Part shown: one piece after another, positions 15,949 through 27,431 of the stretch
How positions within the stretch are numbered: the first letter of the stretch is position 1
Layout: the number at the start of each line of letters is the position of its first letter
Assembly (NCBI GenBank): GCA_040256005.1
Contig: JBDZWC010000002.1
Coordinates: 1-57,107 of the forward strand
Source: Deinococcaceae bacterium
Lineage (GTDB): Bacteria; Deinococcota; Deinococci; Deinococcales; Trueperaceae
Direction of reading: 5' to 3'
Length of the DNA: 57,107 bases
The notes under the pieces: generated by a model
Databases searched by the model: none
Told to the model about the DNA's origin: nothing
Seen by the model: the letters and a program-made list of their open reading frames with translations, nothing else
Made by a program: the position numbers and the translations under genes

Positions 15949-17088
15949 CTAGCGCAGCAGGCTGCGCGCGATCACCAGCCGCTGGATCTCGTTCGTACCC
16001 TCGTAGATCTGGTTGAGCTTGACGTCGCGCATCAGCTTCTCCACCGGGTACTCGTTCATGTAGCCGTATCCGCCGAAGACGTTGATGGCCTCCTGCGCCG
16101 CGTCGAACGCCATGTCCGAGGCGTAGGCCTTGGCGATAGCCGCGGCTTCGGAGTGCGGCTCACCCCTGTCTACCAGCCAGGCGGCCCGGTAGGTCTGCCA
16201 GCGGGCGGTTTCCACGCCGATCTTCATGTTCGCCAGCTTGAACTGGATCGCCTGGAAGTCCGCGATCGGCCGGCCGAAGGCGTGCCGCTGCTGGGCGTAG
16301 GCGACGGACTCGTCCAGCGCCCGCCTCGCGACGCCGACTGCGCCTGCGGCTACCGGCACACGGGTCTTGTCGAGGGTCCGCATGGCGATCTTGAAGCCGT
16401 CGCCCGGCTCGCCCAGCACGTTGGCCCGCGGGACCGTGACGTCCTCGAACACCATCTCGTAGGTGGGGCTCGCGCGCTGTCCCAGCTTGCCGTGGAGCTT
16501 GTTGCTGCTCAGCCCCGGCGTGCCGCCCGGGACGACGACCGCCAGCGTGCCCCTATGGCGTTGCTCGGGGTCGAAGGTCGCGAACACGACGCTGAAGTCG
16601 GCGACGCCGCCGTTGGAGATCCAGGTCTTGACACCGTTGATGACGACCTCGTCGCCCCGCAACTCGGCGCGGGTGGTCATGGCACCCGCGTCGGAACCGT
16701 TGTTCGGTTCGGACAGGGCGAAGGCGGCCAGCTTGGGGCCCGCCAGGAGCGGCCCCAGGAAGCGCTCCTGTTGCTCCGGACTGCCTGCCAGGAGCACCGG
16801 CGTGATGCCCAGCTCAGAGGCCATCAGGATCGTGAAGATGCCCATGCAGCCGTAGGCGATCTCCTCGCCGATCACGACCTCGTCCATCATGCCGAGGCCC
16901 AGGCCGCCCACGGACTCCGGGACGCCCACGTTCAGGAGGCCGACCTCGTGGGCAGCCGCGACGACCTTCTCTGGGTACGTCTCGGTGCGGTCGTGCTCGG
17001 CTGCCACCGGAAGGACGTGCTCGCGCGTGAACTCGCGTGCCAGCGCCTGGAACTGCTTCTGCTCGTCGGTAAGCTCGAAGTCGATCAC
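15949..17088 (-). CDS. Acyl-CoA dehydrogenase
   Basis: [64 protein letters not shown]. Confidence 0.95.
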   Translation of the reverse strand: MIDFELTDEQKQFQALAREFTREHVLPVAAEHDRTETYPEKVVAAAHEVGLLNVGVPESVGGLGLGMMDEVVIGEEIAYGCMGIFTILMASELGITPVLLAGSPEQQERFLGPLLAGPKLAAFALSEPNNGSDAGAMTTRAELRGDEVVINGVKTWISNGGVADFSVVFATFDPEQRHRGTLAVVVPGGTPGLSSNKLHGKLGQRASPTYEMVFEDVTVPRANVLGEPGDGFKIAMRTLDKTRVPVAAGAVGVARRALDESVAYAQQRHAFGRPIADFQAIQFKLANMKIGVETARWQTYRAAWLVDRGEPHSEAAAIAKAYASDMAFDAAQEAINVFGGYGYMNEYPVEKLMRDVKLNQIYEGTNEIQRLVIARSLLR

Positions 17089-17119
17089 CTAGGCTGCCTC
17101 CCGTCGCCTCGCATGGACC

Positions 17120-18271
17120 TCACCTCTCGAGCTCCCTGTACACCTGCCGATGGATGACCATGCGCTGGATCTCGCTGGTCCCTTCGTAGATCTCGGTGAC
17201 CCGAGCGTCCCGGAAGTACCTCTCCACCGGGAAGTCCTTCGTGTAACCGTAACCGCCGAGGACCTGCACGGCGTCGTGCGTGACCGCGGAAGCGGACTCC
17301 GAGGCGAAGAGCTTGGCCATCGCCGCCTCCCGTGTGAGGCGGAAGCCGGCGTCCTTGAGCCAGGCGGCACGTAGGGTCAGCAGGCGCGCGGCATCGATGC
17401 GTGTGGCCATGTCAGCGATCTTGAAGCCGATGGCCTGGAACTCGTGGATGGCCCTGCCGAAGGCCTGCCGTTGGTCGGCGTAGTCACGTGCGACCTCGAA
17501 CGCCGCGCGCGCTACTCCTACCGACAGGGCTGCGATGCCGATCCGGCCCCCGTCCAGGCCCGACATGGCGACGACGAAGCCCTGGCCCTCCTCGCCCAGC
17601 CGCGCCTCCGTCGGCACGAAGCAGTCCTCGAACGTCACGCTCCTGGTCACGGCGGCGTGCTGGCCGAGCTTCTCCTCCGCCCTGCCGAAGCTCATGCCCT
17701 GGGCGCCCTTCTCCACGAGGAACGCGCTCACGCCTCTCGCCCCGGCGGCCGGATCGGTCTTCGCCATGACCAGGTACAGCTGGGCCTCCCCGCCCGAGGT
17801 CACCCAGGCCTTCGTGCCGTTGAGGAGGTAGCCGCCGTCGGCCTGCGTGGCCCGCGTCGCCAGGGCGACGGCGTCGGAGCCGGCGTGGTGCTCGGACAGG
17901 CAAAACGCGCCGATCCACTCTCCGCTCGCCAGCTTGGGCAGGTACCCCGCCTTCTGCTCCGGTGTGCCGTGGCGCAGCAGCAGGGACTGCGGCAGGCCGT
18001 TCGTGACGCTCATGATCGTCGCGTGCGAAGCGTCCGCTGCCGCGATCTCCTCCAGAAGGACGGCGTACGTGACGTTGTCCAGCCCGGCGCCGCCGTACTC
18101 CTCCGGCGTGGTCACGCCCAGCAGCCCGAGCGCGCCCATCTTCCGGAGCGTCTCCCACGGGAAGCGCGGTTCCCGGTCGAGCTCGGGCGCCAAGGGGGCG
18201 ATCTGCTCGCGAGCGAAGTCACGGACCGCAGCTCTCAGAGCCAGCTGCTCTTCGGTAAGGGAGAAGTCCAC
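17120..18271 (-). CDS. Acyl-CoA dehydrogenase
   Basis: FCLSEHHAGSD, LNGTKAWVT, GGRIGIAA, LGGYGY..DFPVERYFRDA, IYEGTSEIQR. Confidence 0.95.
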   Translation of the reverse strand: MDFSLTEEQLALRAAVRDFAREQIAPLAPELDREPRFPWETLRKMGALGLLGVTTPEEYGGAGLDNVTYAVLLEEIAAADASHATIMSVTNGLPQSLLLRHGTPEQKAGYLPKLASGEWIGAFCLSEHHAGSDAVALATRATQADGGYLLNGTKAWVTSGGEAQLYLVMAKTDPAAGARGVSAFLVEKGAQGMSFGRAEEKLGQHAAVTRSVTFEDCFVPTEARLGEEGQGFVVAMSGLDGGRIGIAALSVGVARAAFEVARDYADQRQAFGRAIHEFQAIGFKIADMATRIDAARLLTLRAAWLKDAGFRLTREAAMAKLFASESASAVTHDAVQVLGGYGYTKDFPVERYFRDARVTEIYEGTSEIQRMVIHRQVYRELER

Positions 18272-18351
18272 AGGGATGGTGTCCAGGCGCGACTGAGAGC
18301 GCGCGTAGTTCCAGGGAGTATACCGGCCGGTCGCTCGGCTAGACTGGCGCG

Positions 18352-18675
18352 GTGACCGTCAAGGAACTCCTCCTACGGGTGCCCCACGCCATCAAGGAAG
18401 GCGCGGCGGCGCCTGACTCCGTGGTCCAGTTCGACATGGAGGAGCCCATCCACTACGTGGTAGAGGGTGGCGCGGTCCGGTCGGTGGAGGGCGTCGCCCC
18501 CCGAGCAGACGTCACCGTGAAGGTGCGTCAGGACGACCTGCTGAAGATGATCGAGGGCAAGCTGAACCCCATGACGGCGCTGATGCTGGGCAAGGTCAAG
18601 GTGCGGGGTGACGTGGGGCTGGCCCAGCGGCTGATCAAGGCCATCGACAAGGACAAGCTGCTCGGACAGGCTTAG
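18352..18675 (+). CDS. SCP2 sterol/lipid-binding domain protein
   Basis: ADVTV...DL..MIEGKLNPMTALMLGKVKVRGD signature; TAGACT -10 box 6 nt upstream; divergent from the acyl-CoA dehydrogenases. Confidence 0.88.
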   Translation: MTVKELLLRVPHAIKEGAAAPDSVVQFDMEEPIHYVVEGGAVRSVEGVAPRADVTVKVRQDDLLKMIEGKLNPMTALMLGKVKVRGDVGLAQRLIKAIDKDKLLGQA

Positions 18676-18676
18676 C

Positions 18677-19156
18677 TCAGGGCCGGTTGTCGGCCCCGTA
18701 GCGCTCCACCTCGTAGGAGACGAAGCGGCCGCCCTCGTAGCGGAAGGTCGCCGAGAACACGCCCGGCTGCGACAGCCAGGGCAGGAAGTGCCTGTCCCCT
18801 TCCCACAACGGTAGGTCGGCGAGCGCGGCGTCGTCCACCCACTCCAGAGAGCCTTCCGGCCCGGCGCGGGGCTCGCCGCTGAAGCGCGTCACGACGTAGA
18901 CGAAGACGTACCAGTCGTCCGCCCCGTCGAAGTCCGGGAACGTTATGAAACCCTTCAGCTCCGTCGCCTCGACGGTCAGGCCGGACTCCTCGAGCACCTC
19001 GCGCCTGAGGCAGGCCTCGGGCGACTCGGCCGGCTCGAACTTGCCGCCCAGGCCGTTGTACTTGCCGGCTTGATGGTGCCCACTGTCGGGGCGCCTGAGC
19101 ATCAGGGTCTTGCCGCCGGCCCGCACGTAGGCCAGCGTGCACAGCTTGATGCCCAC
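18677..19156 (-). CDS. Nudix hydrolase, 8-oxo-dGTP diphosphatase (MutT/MutX-like)
   Basis: Nudix box GGKFEPAESPEACLRREVLEESGL; LWEGD.HFLPW. Confidence 0.88.
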   Translation of the reverse strand: MGIKLCTLAYVRAGGKTLMLRRPDSGHHQAGKYNGLGGKFEPAESPEACLRREVLEESGLTVEATELKGFITFPDFDGADDWYVFVYVVTRFSGEPRAGPEGSLEWVDDAALADLPLWEGDRHFLPWLSQPGVFSATFRYEGGRFVSYEVERYGADNRP

Positions 19157-19160
19157 TTCC

Positions 19161-19649
19161 CTAAGCCTGGGCGTCCAGCTCGAACGCCGAGTGAACGGCC
19201 CTCAAGGCCTCTTCCGCGCGAGCGGCATCGATGAGCACCGACAGCCTCACCTCGCTCGAGGTGATCGCCTCGATGTTGGCGCCGGCGGCCGCCACGGCCT
19301 CGAACATGCGCGCGGCGATCCCCGGAGTGGAGGCTATGGCCATGCCCACCACCGTCAGCTTGGCTACGTTCTCGTCCACGCTCGCCGTCGCGCCCATCTC
19401 CTGCAGGACCGGCTCCAGCGCCTCGAGCGCCTCGGCCACCGTCTCGCGCTTGACGATGAAAGCCATCTGCTGCCGGCTGTCGCCGGCGCCGCGCACCCCC
19501 TGGATGATCATGTCGACGCTGACGCCCTTGGCCGCCAGGGCCCCGAACACCTGAGCCGCCACACCTGGCCGGTCGGGCACGGTCTGGAGGTCGATGCGAA
19601 CGTGGCCCTTGTCGATGGCCACACCTGTTACCGGCTTGGCTGTGATCAT
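19161..19649 (-). CDS. Nested in-frame aspartate kinase beta subunit (162 aa)
   Basis: Internal ATG at 19649 (MITAKPVTGVAID) with GGAGG 5 nt upstream, just before the ACT domains, as in alpha2beta2 aspartate kinases. Confidence 0.65.
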   Translation of the reverse strand: MITAKPVTGVAIDKGHVRIDLQTVPDRPGVAAQVFGALAAKGVSVDMIIQGVRGAGDSRQQMAFIVKRETVAEALEALEPVLQEMGATASVDENVAKLTVVGMAIASTPGIAARMFEAVAAAGANIEAITSSEVRLSVLIDAARAEEALRAVHSAFELDAQA

Positions 19650-20459
19650 CCCTGCCTCCGCGCTCGCGCTCAGGTCCCTCACCACCGTGCCGGGCGCGCG
19701 CGTGAACGACGAGCGGACGTGCACGCGCACCCCGTAGTGCCTGGCGTACCAGACGCTGGCGGGGTGCAGCACCTTGGCCCCGTGGCTGGCGAGCTCCAGC
19801 ATCTCCGCGTAATCGATCTCGGACAGCTTCGTGGCCGTCGCGATCACGTGGGGGTCGGTCGTGTAGACGCCGTCGGTGTCCGTGAAGATCTCGCACTCCG
19901 GCGCCCCGAGGGCGGCGGCGAGCGCCACGGCGGTGGTGTCCGAGCCGCCCCGACCCAGGGTGGTGATCGCCCCGGCGGCGTCGGCACCCTGGAAGCCCGC
20001 GACCACGGCCACGTCCACCTCCTCCAACGCGGTGCGGACCGGTGTGGGGTCCACGCGTAGGATGCGCGCGCCGCCATGCCTGGAGTCGGTGAGGAACCCC
20101 GCCTGCGAGCCGGTGAAGGACCTCGCCTTGACGCCGCGGGCGCCGAGCGCCAACGCCAGCAACGCCGCGCTCTGCTGCTCTCCCGTGGCCAGCAGCACGT
20201 CAAGCTCGCGCCTGGACGGGCGTTCAGACAGCTCGCGAGCCTGGCCCAGCAGCCTGTCAGTCGTCCTGCCCATCGCCGAGACGGTGACGACGGCCTTGCC
20301 GCCGGACCCGACGTGCTGCTCGACCCTGGCTGCCACCTTGGTGATGCGTTCGAGGTCGCCCACGCTGGTGCCCCCGAACTTCATGACCCTGGGCATGGGC
20401 GCCGCGCCGCCGACCGTGGCAACGCCCACCGGCCCGGTCGAGCGCATGGCAGCTTCCAT
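19161..20459 (-). CDS. lysC: Aspartate kinase (alpha subunit)
   Basis: VMKFGGTSV, VSAMG, GEQQS, TTLGRGGSDTTAVA, TDTDGVYTTDP, GAKVLHP, two ACT domains; start uncertain (20459 or 20447). Confidence 0.93.
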   Translation of the reverse strand: MEAAMRSTGPVGVATVGGAAPMPRVMKFGGTSVGDLERITKVAARVEQHVGSGGKAVVTVSAMGRTTDRLLGQARELSERPSRRELDVLLATGEQQSAALLALALGARGVKARSFTGSQAGFLTDSRHGGARILRVDPTPVRTALEEVDVAVVAGFQGADAAGAITTLGRGGSDTTAVALAAALGAPECEIFTDTDGVYTTDPHVIATATKLSEIDYAEMLELASHGAKVLHPASVWYARHYGVRVHVRSSFTRAPGTVVRDLSASAEAGMITAKPVTGVAIDKGHVRIDLQTVPDRPGVAAQVFGALAAKGVSVDMIIQGVRGAGDSRQQMAFIVKRETVAEALEALEPVLQEMGATASVDENVAKLTVVGMAIASTPGIAARMFEAVAAAGANIEAITSSEVRLSVLIDAARAEEALRAVHSAFELDAQA

Positions 20460-20517
20460 GCGTGCAGAGCTTACACCGGTGCGCGACGCCTCCCGCTCCC
20501 GTGGTAATAATCGCCTC

Positions 20518-21915
20518 ATGGACGACGTTCCCGGCCCTCGCGTCGCGGTCGTGGGAGCCGGGCCCGCCGGCTTCTACGCCGCCGAGGCGGTCATCAAGAC
20601 ACACGAGACGGCGACGGTCGACGTGTTCGACCGCTTACCCACCCCGTACGGCCTCGTGCGCTTCGGCGTGGCCCCCGACCACCAGAAGATGAAGGTGGTC
20701 ACCCGGGTCTACGAGCGGACCCTCAAGGACCCGCGCATCCGCTACCTTGGCAACGTCACCTACGGGCGCGACCTGACACTGGCGGACCTCAGGCGCCACT
20801 TCCACGCCGTGGTGTTCGCCGTCGGCGCCGCGACGGACCGGCGCCTCGGCATCGCGGGCGAGGACCTCGCAGGCAGCGTCTCGGCCACGGACTTCGTGGC
20901 CTGGTACAACGGCCACCCCGACGCTGTGGACCACGACTTCGCCGCCCTGCTCGCCATCGCCAAGGAGGCGGTGGTGATCGGCAACGGCAACGTCGCGATC
21001 GACGTCACACGGGTACTGGCCAAGTCGGTGGCGGAACTCAGCGTCACGGACATCGCCGACCATGCCCTCGAGGCCCTGCGGGGATCCGCCATCGAGAGGG
21101 TGACGATCGTGGGTCGTCGCGGGCCCGCCGAGGCCAAGTTCACGACCAAGGAGCTCCGCGAGCTGGGCGAGCTCGAGAACGCCGACGTCGACGTCAGGGC
21201 GGAGGAGATGGAGCTGCTGCCCGCCAGCCGGGCCGCGGCCGAAGCCGACGTGACGACGGCCAAGAACGTCGAGGTGCTGCAGGCCTTCGCGCAGCAGCCC
21301 AAGCAGGGCAAGGCTCGGACCGTCTCCCTCCGCTTCCAGCTCCAGCCGGTGCGCCTGGAGGGCGACGGCAGGGTGTCGGCGATCGTGCTGGAGAGGACGC
21401 GGCTCGAGGAGTCGGATGGTCAGGTCAGGGCCGTCGGCACCGGTGAGCACGAGACCCTCCCAGCCCAGCTGGTCCTCAAATCGGTCGGCTATCGGGGGCT
21501 GCCCTTGCCGGACCTGCCGTTCGACGAGCGCACGGGCGTGGTCCCCAACGACGCCGGCCGCGTGCTCGACGCTCCGGGAGGTACGCCTCTGCCGGGTCTG
21601 TACGTCGCGGGCTGGATCAAACGCGGGGCCAGCGGAGTGATCGGTACCAACAAAGCCGACGCCATGGAGAGCGTGGCGTCCCTGGTCGCGGACCTCGAGG
21701 GCGCAGAGCCTCCGGCTGGCGACACCAGCCGGGAGGCGGTCGACGCGCTGCTGCTCGCACGTGGCGTGGACGTGTTCACCTCCGACGACTGGTTCGGTCT
21801 CGACGCCACGGAGGTGGCGGCCGGTGAGGCCGCCGGCAGGCCGCGGGTCAAGTTCGTGAGGCTCGCCGACATGGTCGCTGCGGCCAGGCGCGAGCGCGTC
21901 GCGAACGGGAGCTAG
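20518..21915 (+). CDS. Ferredoxin--NADP+ reductase (FprA/adrenodoxin reductase-like)
   Basis: VGAGPAGFY, PYGLVRFGVAPDH, FVAWYNGHP, GNGNVAIDV, GRRGP, GWIKRGASGVIGTN; ATG at 20518. Confidence 0.92.
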   Translation: MDDVPGPRVAVVGAGPAGFYAAEAVIKTHETATVDVFDRLPTPYGLVRFGVAPDHQKMKVVTRVYERTLKDPRIRYLGNVTYGRDLTLADLRRHFHAVVFAVGAATDRRLGIAGEDLAGSVSATDFVAWYNGHPDAVDHDFAALLAIAKEAVVIGNGNVAIDVTRVLAKSVAELSVTDIADHALEALRGSAIERVTIVGRRGPAEAKFTTKELRELGELENADVDVRAEEMELLPASRAAAEADVTTAKNVEVLQAFAQQPKQGKARTVSLRFQLQPVRLEGDGRVSAIVLERTRLEESDGQVRAVGTGEHETLPAQLVLKSVGYRGLPLPDLPFDERTGVVPNDAGRVLDAPGGTPLPGLYVAGWIKRGASGVIGTNKADAMESVASLVADLEGAEPPAGDTSREAVDALLLARGVDVFTSDDWFGLDATEVAAGEAAGRPRVKFVRLADMVAAARRERVANGS

Positions 21916-22066
21916 GCCCGGGCTCCGGACTGGGCGAGCGTGCCGGCCCGGCCGAGCATACGAGGGGCGCCTACCAAGTTCGCTGCGGCAGGGGCGCCTT
22001 CGTGAGCGGCAGGTGATAGCATCGCCGCCGAACTCCCATACGAAAGCAGCGAGAGGTACAGCCAAG

Positions 22067-22864
22067 TTGGTTCAAGACGGAGACGACGTACTGCTAAGCA
22101 TCCGGGGCCTGGTCAAGGACTTCGGGGGGCTGCGGGCCGTCAATCACTGCAGTTTCGACGTGCGCGCCGGCACCATAACGGGGCTGATAGGGCCCAACGG
22201 CGCTGGCAAGACGACCCTCTTCAGCCTCGTCTCCGGCTTCCATCAACCCGACGCCGGCACCGTGCTGCTCAAGGGTGAGGACGTCACCGGCCTGCCGCCG
22301 CACGTGCTGTTCGGCAAGGGTCTGTGCCGCACGTTCCAGATCCCCCGCGAGCAGAAGGGCATGACGGTCCTCGAGAACCTCATGCTGGTGCCGGCCGGCC
22401 AACTGGGTGAGAGGTTCTGGAACCCCATCTTCCGCCGCAGCGCGGTGTGGCGCCAGGAGGCCCAGCTGCGGGAGAAGGCGCGCGAGGTCCTCGACTTCGT
22501 GGCGCTCAGCCACCTCGAGAACGAGCCGGCCGGGTCCATGTCGGGCGGACAGAAGAAGCTGCTGGAGCTCGCACGCACGCTGATGGCGGACCCGACGATC
22601 GTCCTGCTGGACGAGCCGGCGGCCGGCGTGAACCCCACGCTCATGGGCCGACTGCGCGAGAAGATCGAGCAGCTCAACCGCGAGCGCGGCATCACGTTCC
22701 TGCTCATCGAGCACGACATGCCGCTCGTGATGGGCCTATGCGACCCTGTCGTCGTGATGAACCAGGGGAGCAAGCTCGTCGAGGGGCCACCGGAGGTCGT
22801 CCGCAACGACCCCCGCGTGCTCGAGGCGTACCTAGGAGGCCAGAGTGTCGCTCTTGACGGTTGA
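22067..22864 (+). CDS. Branched-chain amino acid ABC transporter ATP-binding protein (LivG-like)
   Basis: FGGLRAV, GPNGAGKTT, RTFQ, LLDEPAAG, IEHDM, EAYLG; start estimated at TTG 22067. Confidence 0.9.
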   Translation: MVQDGDDVLLSIRGLVKDFGGLRAVNHCSFDVRAGTITGLIGPNGAGKTTLFSLVSGFHQPDAGTVLLKGEDVTGLPPHVLFGKGLCRTFQIPREQKGMTVLENLMLVPAGQLGERFWNPIFRRSAVWRQEAQLREKAREVLDFVALSHLENEPAGSMSGGQKKLLELARTLMADPTIVLLDEPAAGVNPTLMGRLREKIEQLNRERGITFLLIEHDMPLVMGLCDPVVVMNQGSKLVEGPPEVVRNDPRVLEAYLGGQSVALDG

Positions 22865-23549
22865 GGGAGCGGTCTCGGGCTACGGCGAGATGCAGGTGCT
22901 CAACGGCGTGAGCATCAGGGTCGACGACGGCGAGATCGTCTCGATCGTCGGGCCCAACGGCGCCGGCAAGTCAACGGTGATGAAGCTGGTTTTCGGGCTC
23001 CTCAAGCCCTGGGAGGGCAGCGTCGTGTTCGACGGCCAGGACATCTCGGGCCTGGCGCCCGAGAGGGTCGTCCGACTGGGCCTGTGCTACGTGCCGCAAG
23101 TAGACAACGTGTTCCCTACCCTCACCGTCGAGGAGAACCTCGAGATGGGCGCGTACATCCTCGACGAGCCGCTCAAGGCGCGCAAGGACCGCGTCTTCGA
23201 GCTGTTCCCCCGCCTCGCCGAGCGCAGGCGCCAGCGGGCGGGCAAGATGTCGGGCGGGGAGAGGCAGATGGTCGCCATGGGCCGCGCGCTCATGCTCGAC
23301 CCCAAGCTGCTCATGCTGGACGAGCCCTCGGCGGGCCTGGCACCGCTGCTAGTCGACATGATCTTCGAGAAGGTGGCCGACATCAACGCTGCCGGAGTCG
23401 CTGTCCTCATGGTCGAGCAGAACGCCAAGCGGTCGCTGGAGCTGGCGCACCGCGGCTACGTGCTCGCCGGCGGCAAGAACCAGGTCGAGGGCCCAGGCTC
23501 CGCGCTCCTGAGCGACCCAGAGGTCGCCCGGCTCTACCTGGGAGGCTGA
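22845..23549 (+). CDS. Branched-chain amino acid ABC transporter ATP-binding protein (LivF-like)
   Basis: GPNGAGKST, LTVEENL, FPRL, SGGERQM, LDEPSAGLAP, VEQNA. Confidence 0.92.
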   Translation: MSLLTVEGAVSGYGEMQVLNGVSIRVDDGEIVSIVGPNGAGKSTVMKLVFGLLKPWEGSVVFDGQDISGLAPERVVRLGLCYVPQVDNVFPTLTVEENLEMGAYILDEPLKARKDRVFELFPRLAERRRQRAGKMSGGERQMVAMGRALMLDPKLLMLDEPSAGLAPLLVDMIFEKVADINAAGVAVLMVEQNAKRSLELAHRGYVLAGGKNQVEGPGSALLSDPEVARLYLGG

Positions 23550-23550
23550 C

Positions 23551-24596
23551 GTGACCGAAGCTCCATCCTTGTCCCGCGGTCGCGCCTTCAGGCGCGCGGC
23601 CTCGACCGCGCTCTCCAGCCGCTGGTCGCTCGTGACCTTGCTGGCTCTGCTCGCCGTCCTCACGGTCGTGTTCGGCGCGTTGGAGGGCATCTCCGGCTCT
23701 CGGCTCCTGGGTCTCACGGTGCGCGGCGTGCTGTTGGGCGGTGTGCTGGCTCTCGGGGCACTGGGCATAACGCTGGTGTTCGGCGTGCTCAAGATGGCCA
23801 ACTTCGCCCATGGCGACTACATGACCACGGGCGCCTACCTGGGGCTCGTCGTCATGGCCCTGCTGCCGGCCGGCGCGCCCGTCCTCGGTCTCGGGTTCGG
23901 CTACGAGTTCGTCGTGGCACTGATCGTCGTCATGCCGCTGACCGGCCTCGTCGCCTACGGTCTCGACCGCATCACGTTCCGGCGCCTGCGCCGTCGCCGC
24001 GCTGCGCCCGTGATGATGGCGATGGCCGCGCTGGGCCTCGCCTTCGGCGTGCGCAGCATCGTCTACATGGTCTTCGGCGCCGACTTCACGTTCTACTACC
24101 AGGGCGCGGCGCGCCCGGTGGTCGAGCTCCTCCCGGGCCTACGCGTGCGTACGGACCAGCTGTTCATCCTGGGCGCCGCCGTCGTGCTGATCATCCTCGT
24201 GTACCTCCTGCTCGAGCGCACGAAGATCGGCAAGGCCATGCGCGCGATGGCCGACAACGCGGACCTGGCGCGCATCAGCGGCATCGCCACCGAGCGGGTC
24301 GTCTTCTGGACCTGGCTCATCAGCGGGGCGCTGGCGGGCGCTGGCGGCATGCTCTACGGCCTGGACGTCCAACTGCGGCCGGAGATGGGGTGGTGGCTGC
24401 TGCTGCCGCTGTTCGCTGCCGTGATCCTCGGCTCCATCGGCCACGTTTACGGCGCCCTGTTCGGCGCCCTGGTCATGGGCATCGTGTGGCAGGTCTCGAG
24501 CGCGTTCGTGAACCCCGCCTACGGCCCGGCGGCGGCTTTCGTCGTCATGATCCTCGCGTTGCTGGTGAGGCCGCAGGGGCTCATGGGAGGTGAGAG

Positions 24597-24600
<4 letters not shown>
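23551..24600 (+). CDS. Branched-chain amino acid ABC transporter permease (LivH-like)
   Basis: NFAHGD, GKAMRAMADN, FAAVILG, RPQGL; multiple TM helices. Confidence 0.9.
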
Positions 24601-25793
<1,193 letters not shown>

Positions 25794-25807
25794 ACCCACC
25801 CACGTGA

Positions 25808-25835
25808 GAGCGGGGAGCCCGGAGGCTCCCCGCTC
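25808..25835. terminator. Hairpin between convergent livM-like and livK-like genes (probable bidirectional terminator)
   Basis: Perfect 12-bp stem GAGCGGGGAGCC-CGGA-GGCTCCCCGCTC; no clear U tract. Confidence 0.6.
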
Positions 25836-25871
25836 GTGCATCAGGCGCTGCGCGCCCTGAGTTCTCTTGGC

Positions 25872-27122
25872 TTACTGCGCCGGGATCTGGTCGGCGGAGA
25901 GGACCGTGACGGTGACGATGTCGCCGCCCTCGTAGGACCAGACCTCCATGGGCGTCACGACGTCGCCGACGTCGTCGAAGTCCACCTCACCGGCCGCGCC
26001 GGTGTAGTTGATCGGGCTGCCCAGCTCGAGGAGGCGGAGGGCTTCCTCGAACTCGCCCACGCCCACGACCTCGCCGTCGGGGTTGGACACCTCGCGGAGG
26101 CGGTCACGGATGTTGGTGGCGTTCACCTCGACGCCGTCGATGATCGCCTTGGCGATCGCGAGGCCGATGACGGCCGTGGCGTCGTAGGCGGTGTCGATGT
26201 ACGGGAGCGGCGGGCGCTCACCGTAGGCGGCTTCGTAGGCGTTGGAGAACTTGGTGTAGCCGGCCCACTCGGGGTCGGCGCCGGCCGCCGTGCCGTACAG
26301 CCCCTCGACGGTGTCCGCGCCGAGCGCTTCGACGATGTCGAGCGACTTGGTGCCGTCGGTCATCATCCAGTTGGTGAAGCCGTGGAGGTCACGCGCTTCC
26401 TGCATGAACACGGTCGCGTTGCCAGGGTAGCTGGCCGCGATGACGACCTCTGGGTCGCCCGCGAAGAGCTGGCTCAGGAGGCCGGCGTACGTGGGCTGCG
26501 GCTCTTCGGGGTGCCCGACGCTGGCCGTGATGGTGCCGCCACGCGCCTCGAACGCCGCCGCGAAGGCCTCGGCGAGGCCCTGGCCGTAGGGGTTGTTCAC
26601 GTAGATGATGGCGGCCCTGTCGTAGCTCAGGCCGTCCACGATCTCGCCCCGGGCGAGCTCCGCTAGGACGACGCCCTGCAGAGTGTCGGCGGCGGTCGTG
26701 CGGTACACGAAGTCGTTGTCGTTGAGGAGCGCCACCAGCGGGCTGGTGCTGGCCGGCGAGATCATGACGACCTCGCTGGGGATCACGGCGGACTCGGCGG
26801 TCGTCACGGTGACACCGCTGGACAGGGCGCCCACGATCGCGACCACGCCGTCGGTGTTGATCAGCTTGCGGGCGCGGTCAGTGCCCTGCGAGGGGTTGGT
26901 GCCGTCGTCCTCGGCCACGATGTTGATGATCGGGCCGCCGAAGACCGCGGTGGCCGCTGCGTTGAGCTGGTCGGCGGCCAGCATGGCGCCGTTGTTGATC
27001 GCGGGACCGAACTCGGCCAGGGCGCCCGTGTACGACATGAGCGTCCCGACGTTGGAGACCGGTGGTTGCGCCAAGCCGTAGCCTGCGAGCGCGACCAGTA
27101 GGACACCTAGTGCTCTCTTCAT
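25872..27122 (-). CDS. Branched-chain amino acid ABC transporter substrate-binding protein (LivK-like)
   Basis: Signal peptide MKRALGVLLVALAGYGLA, TG.LA.FG, ISPASTSP, YDA, YTGAAGEVDFD..GD; ATG 27122 behind GGGAGG. Confidence 0.9.
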   Translation of the reverse strand: MKRALGVLLVALAGYGLAQPPVSNVGTLMSYTGALAEFGPAINNGAMLAADQLNAAATAVFGGPIINIVAEDDGTNPSQGTDRARKLINTDGVVAIVGALSSGVTVTTAESAVIPSEVVMISPASTSPLVALLNDNDFVYRTTAADTLQGVVLAELARGEIVDGLSYDRAAIIYVNNPYGQGLAEAFAAAFEARGGTITASVGHPEEPQPTYAGLLSQLFAGDPEVVIAASYPGNATVFMQEARDLHGFTNWMMTDGTKSLDIVEALGADTVEGLYGTAAGADPEWAGYTKFSNAYEAAYGERPPLPYIDTAYDATAVIGLAIAKAIIDGVEVNATNIRDRLREVSNPDGEVVGVGEFEEALRLLELGSPINYTGAAGEVDFDDVGDVVTPMEVWSYEGGDIVTVTVLSADQIPAQ

Positions 27123-27176
27123 CGACGTGATTCCTCCCTTGTGTGGAAATGCACACATATGGCGGCGGTTGGGAGC

Positions 27177-27371
27177 ATCCTAGTCTCGTATTTGTGGCGC
27201 TGTCAACGCACAAAGTGCGTTCGGTAGCCAGAGGTTGAGAACTCGTTAAGGCCCCCCGGACCGAGGTGTGGACAGGCGGATCCTGTCGCGGCATGGACGC
27301 TGCGTGCAGCGCGGGTCCTGGTCCAAACCGTGCACCTGCGATTGACAATCCGCCTGTTCGCTACGTACGCT
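27177..27371. promoter_or_regulatory. Divergent promoters for the livK-like gene (-) and glnA (+)
   Basis: Minus strand TTGACA(27206-27201)-N18-TAGGAT(27182-27177); plus strand TTGACA(27342-27347)-N18-TACGCT(27366-27371). Confidence 0.6.
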
Positions 27372-27431
27372 TCGTCAGTTCATGTCGCTTTCGCGGCTGT
27401 ACGTAACGCCAGGAGTGCCGAAGGGACCACT

